DNA of 61,400 bases from Xylographa opegraphella (lineage: Eukaryota). Below the pieces are notes generated by a model. The model was not told where the DNA came from and searched no databases. It saw nothing but the letters and a program-made list of their open reading frames with translations. This document shows positions 60,069 through 61,400 of the stretch, one piece after another (the first letter of the stretch is position 1; the number at the start of each line of letters is the position of its first letter). The position numbers were made by a program, and so were the translations under genes. Location: contig JALDZX010000044.1 of the NCBI GenBank assembly GCA_022813865.1, positions 124,001-185,400 of the forward strand. Direction: 5' to 3'.

Positions 60069-61400
60069 GTTGAGGTTTGAGGGGTTGATCGGTTTCGTTG
60101 GGTGAAAGAGCTGAAAGTTCCGAGGAAAGTTGGCTTGGTGAGTTGATTTGTTTGGAAGGAAGTGGTAATAGTTGTGGTTTGCTGGTAATGGTGGACTTTC
60201 TTGTTGAGCTGGTAGTTGATGATTGTGATGATGATGACTTGGAAGGGGAACATACTCCTCTTTATACATCTTTCTCTTACTCCGTGGACTTCATTCCGTC
60301 AAGGACTTTACCGTCCGCAGCTTCATCTCTGCCACCTCCTTCCACCAGACGATCATGGTCAGATGTTGTATAACTGCGCAAACATGAAGCAACAGCAGCT
60401 ACCTTATTGTAGTACGGGCGGCGCCAATGACGACCACCAATAAGGCGTTCTCCACGGTGAGGTAGGTATACTATGGTACAAAGAGAGGCTGGGAACTAAG
60501 GAAGTGAATGAAGTTGCTGTCCAAGAGAATCATAGAGATCCCACATCCAAAGCAAGAACTATGCCGAGAACCAACCAATGCCGGATATAGTCGCTCGTAG
60601 CGCTTCTGTAGCGCCAACTTATCCGCTGGTTAGGCAAACCTTGTTCCCATGCCAAGCGCCTGGCTGAGTCGTCAAATGTCTCAGCCTAGAAGAAACACTA
60701 ATTCTTCTGCAGAGGCTGAGCAGACCTTAATCGTAAAGGAAGAGATGAAGCGACAAAGATTGGTCGCCGCGAGATCCGAAACGCCGGCAAGTCGTTCGAT
60801 CGAAACTATTCCGCGTGGCAACAAACAGCATTTCTGCTGGGGAACCTCAATTCCAACGTCGCCGAAGAGCTTGTGCCACGCGTGCAGCATGACGAACCTG
60901 CATATACCGCGCCTCTGTAACTCACTGCAATTACATCTCTGCCGAACCTCGATGGCCACAACCCCGAGGAGGCTGGAGTAATATGTTAGTTATCTTCATC
61001 GAAAGGCGGTGGCAAAGCATGCAGGATTGATGCCTTGATGGACGAGCTTACACAACAACGAATGAGTGAATCAAGGAAGTTCACCCACGATCGTGTTCGC
61101 ACTCGAATTCAGATCAAGGTTTCGCATTTGAATGCGCGTTATTCCAGCGTGAGCACTGGCCGATTCAACGACAATCGATGACTTCAAAAACCAGGTAATT
61201 GTTAAGGTTCTCACCTTCACAGGGCAAGCTAGGGACGTTAGGGGATTAGCGCTCGGTAAAGAGACGGCCCGGCCTTAATTGCCCCCCGTTGCTTCTCAAT
61301 GCTTTTATGAAAAATATTTGGGGGCATGGGAGGCTATTTGTTACGATCCTGCCTCTCACTAGTATAGTTCGATTAAGGATCTGGGTTGGATTCGTCAATG

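Overview
Gene-dense segment of a filamentous ascomycete (Pezizomycotina) nuclear chromosome. Genes have short GT-AG introns with CTRAC/CTRAY branch points, so the ORF track fragments most of them and I reassembled exons by eye. About 22 intact protein genes are present: an uncharacterised membrane protein, a conserved 'gp1-like' hypothetical protein, a secreted pepsin, YRA1, VPS24, p23/SBA1, ADH1, an aquaglyceroporin, MFS and MATE transporters, a signal-peptide agmatinase-family enzyme, a large Ser/Pro-rich protein with triplicated Cys modules, PGA2, MHF1/CENP-S, a MARVEL-like protein, a bli-4-like SDR, an ADH6-type reductase, UV endonuclease UVDE, APP1, an orthodox aquaporin and a small secreted 8-Cys peptide precursor. 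Two genes are disrupted (HET-domain protein, alkaline ceramidase), and there is a probable gene relic. I found no rRNA, tRNA, CRISPR array or recognisable transposon. The best leads are a ~1 kb YRA1 intron closed by a long-range inverted repeat, the Kex2/Ste13-type Cys-rich peptide precursor, a triplicated putative Zn-binding module, and TGG->TGA stops at invariant Trp codons in two genes. All family assignments come from motif recognition; no database searches were run.
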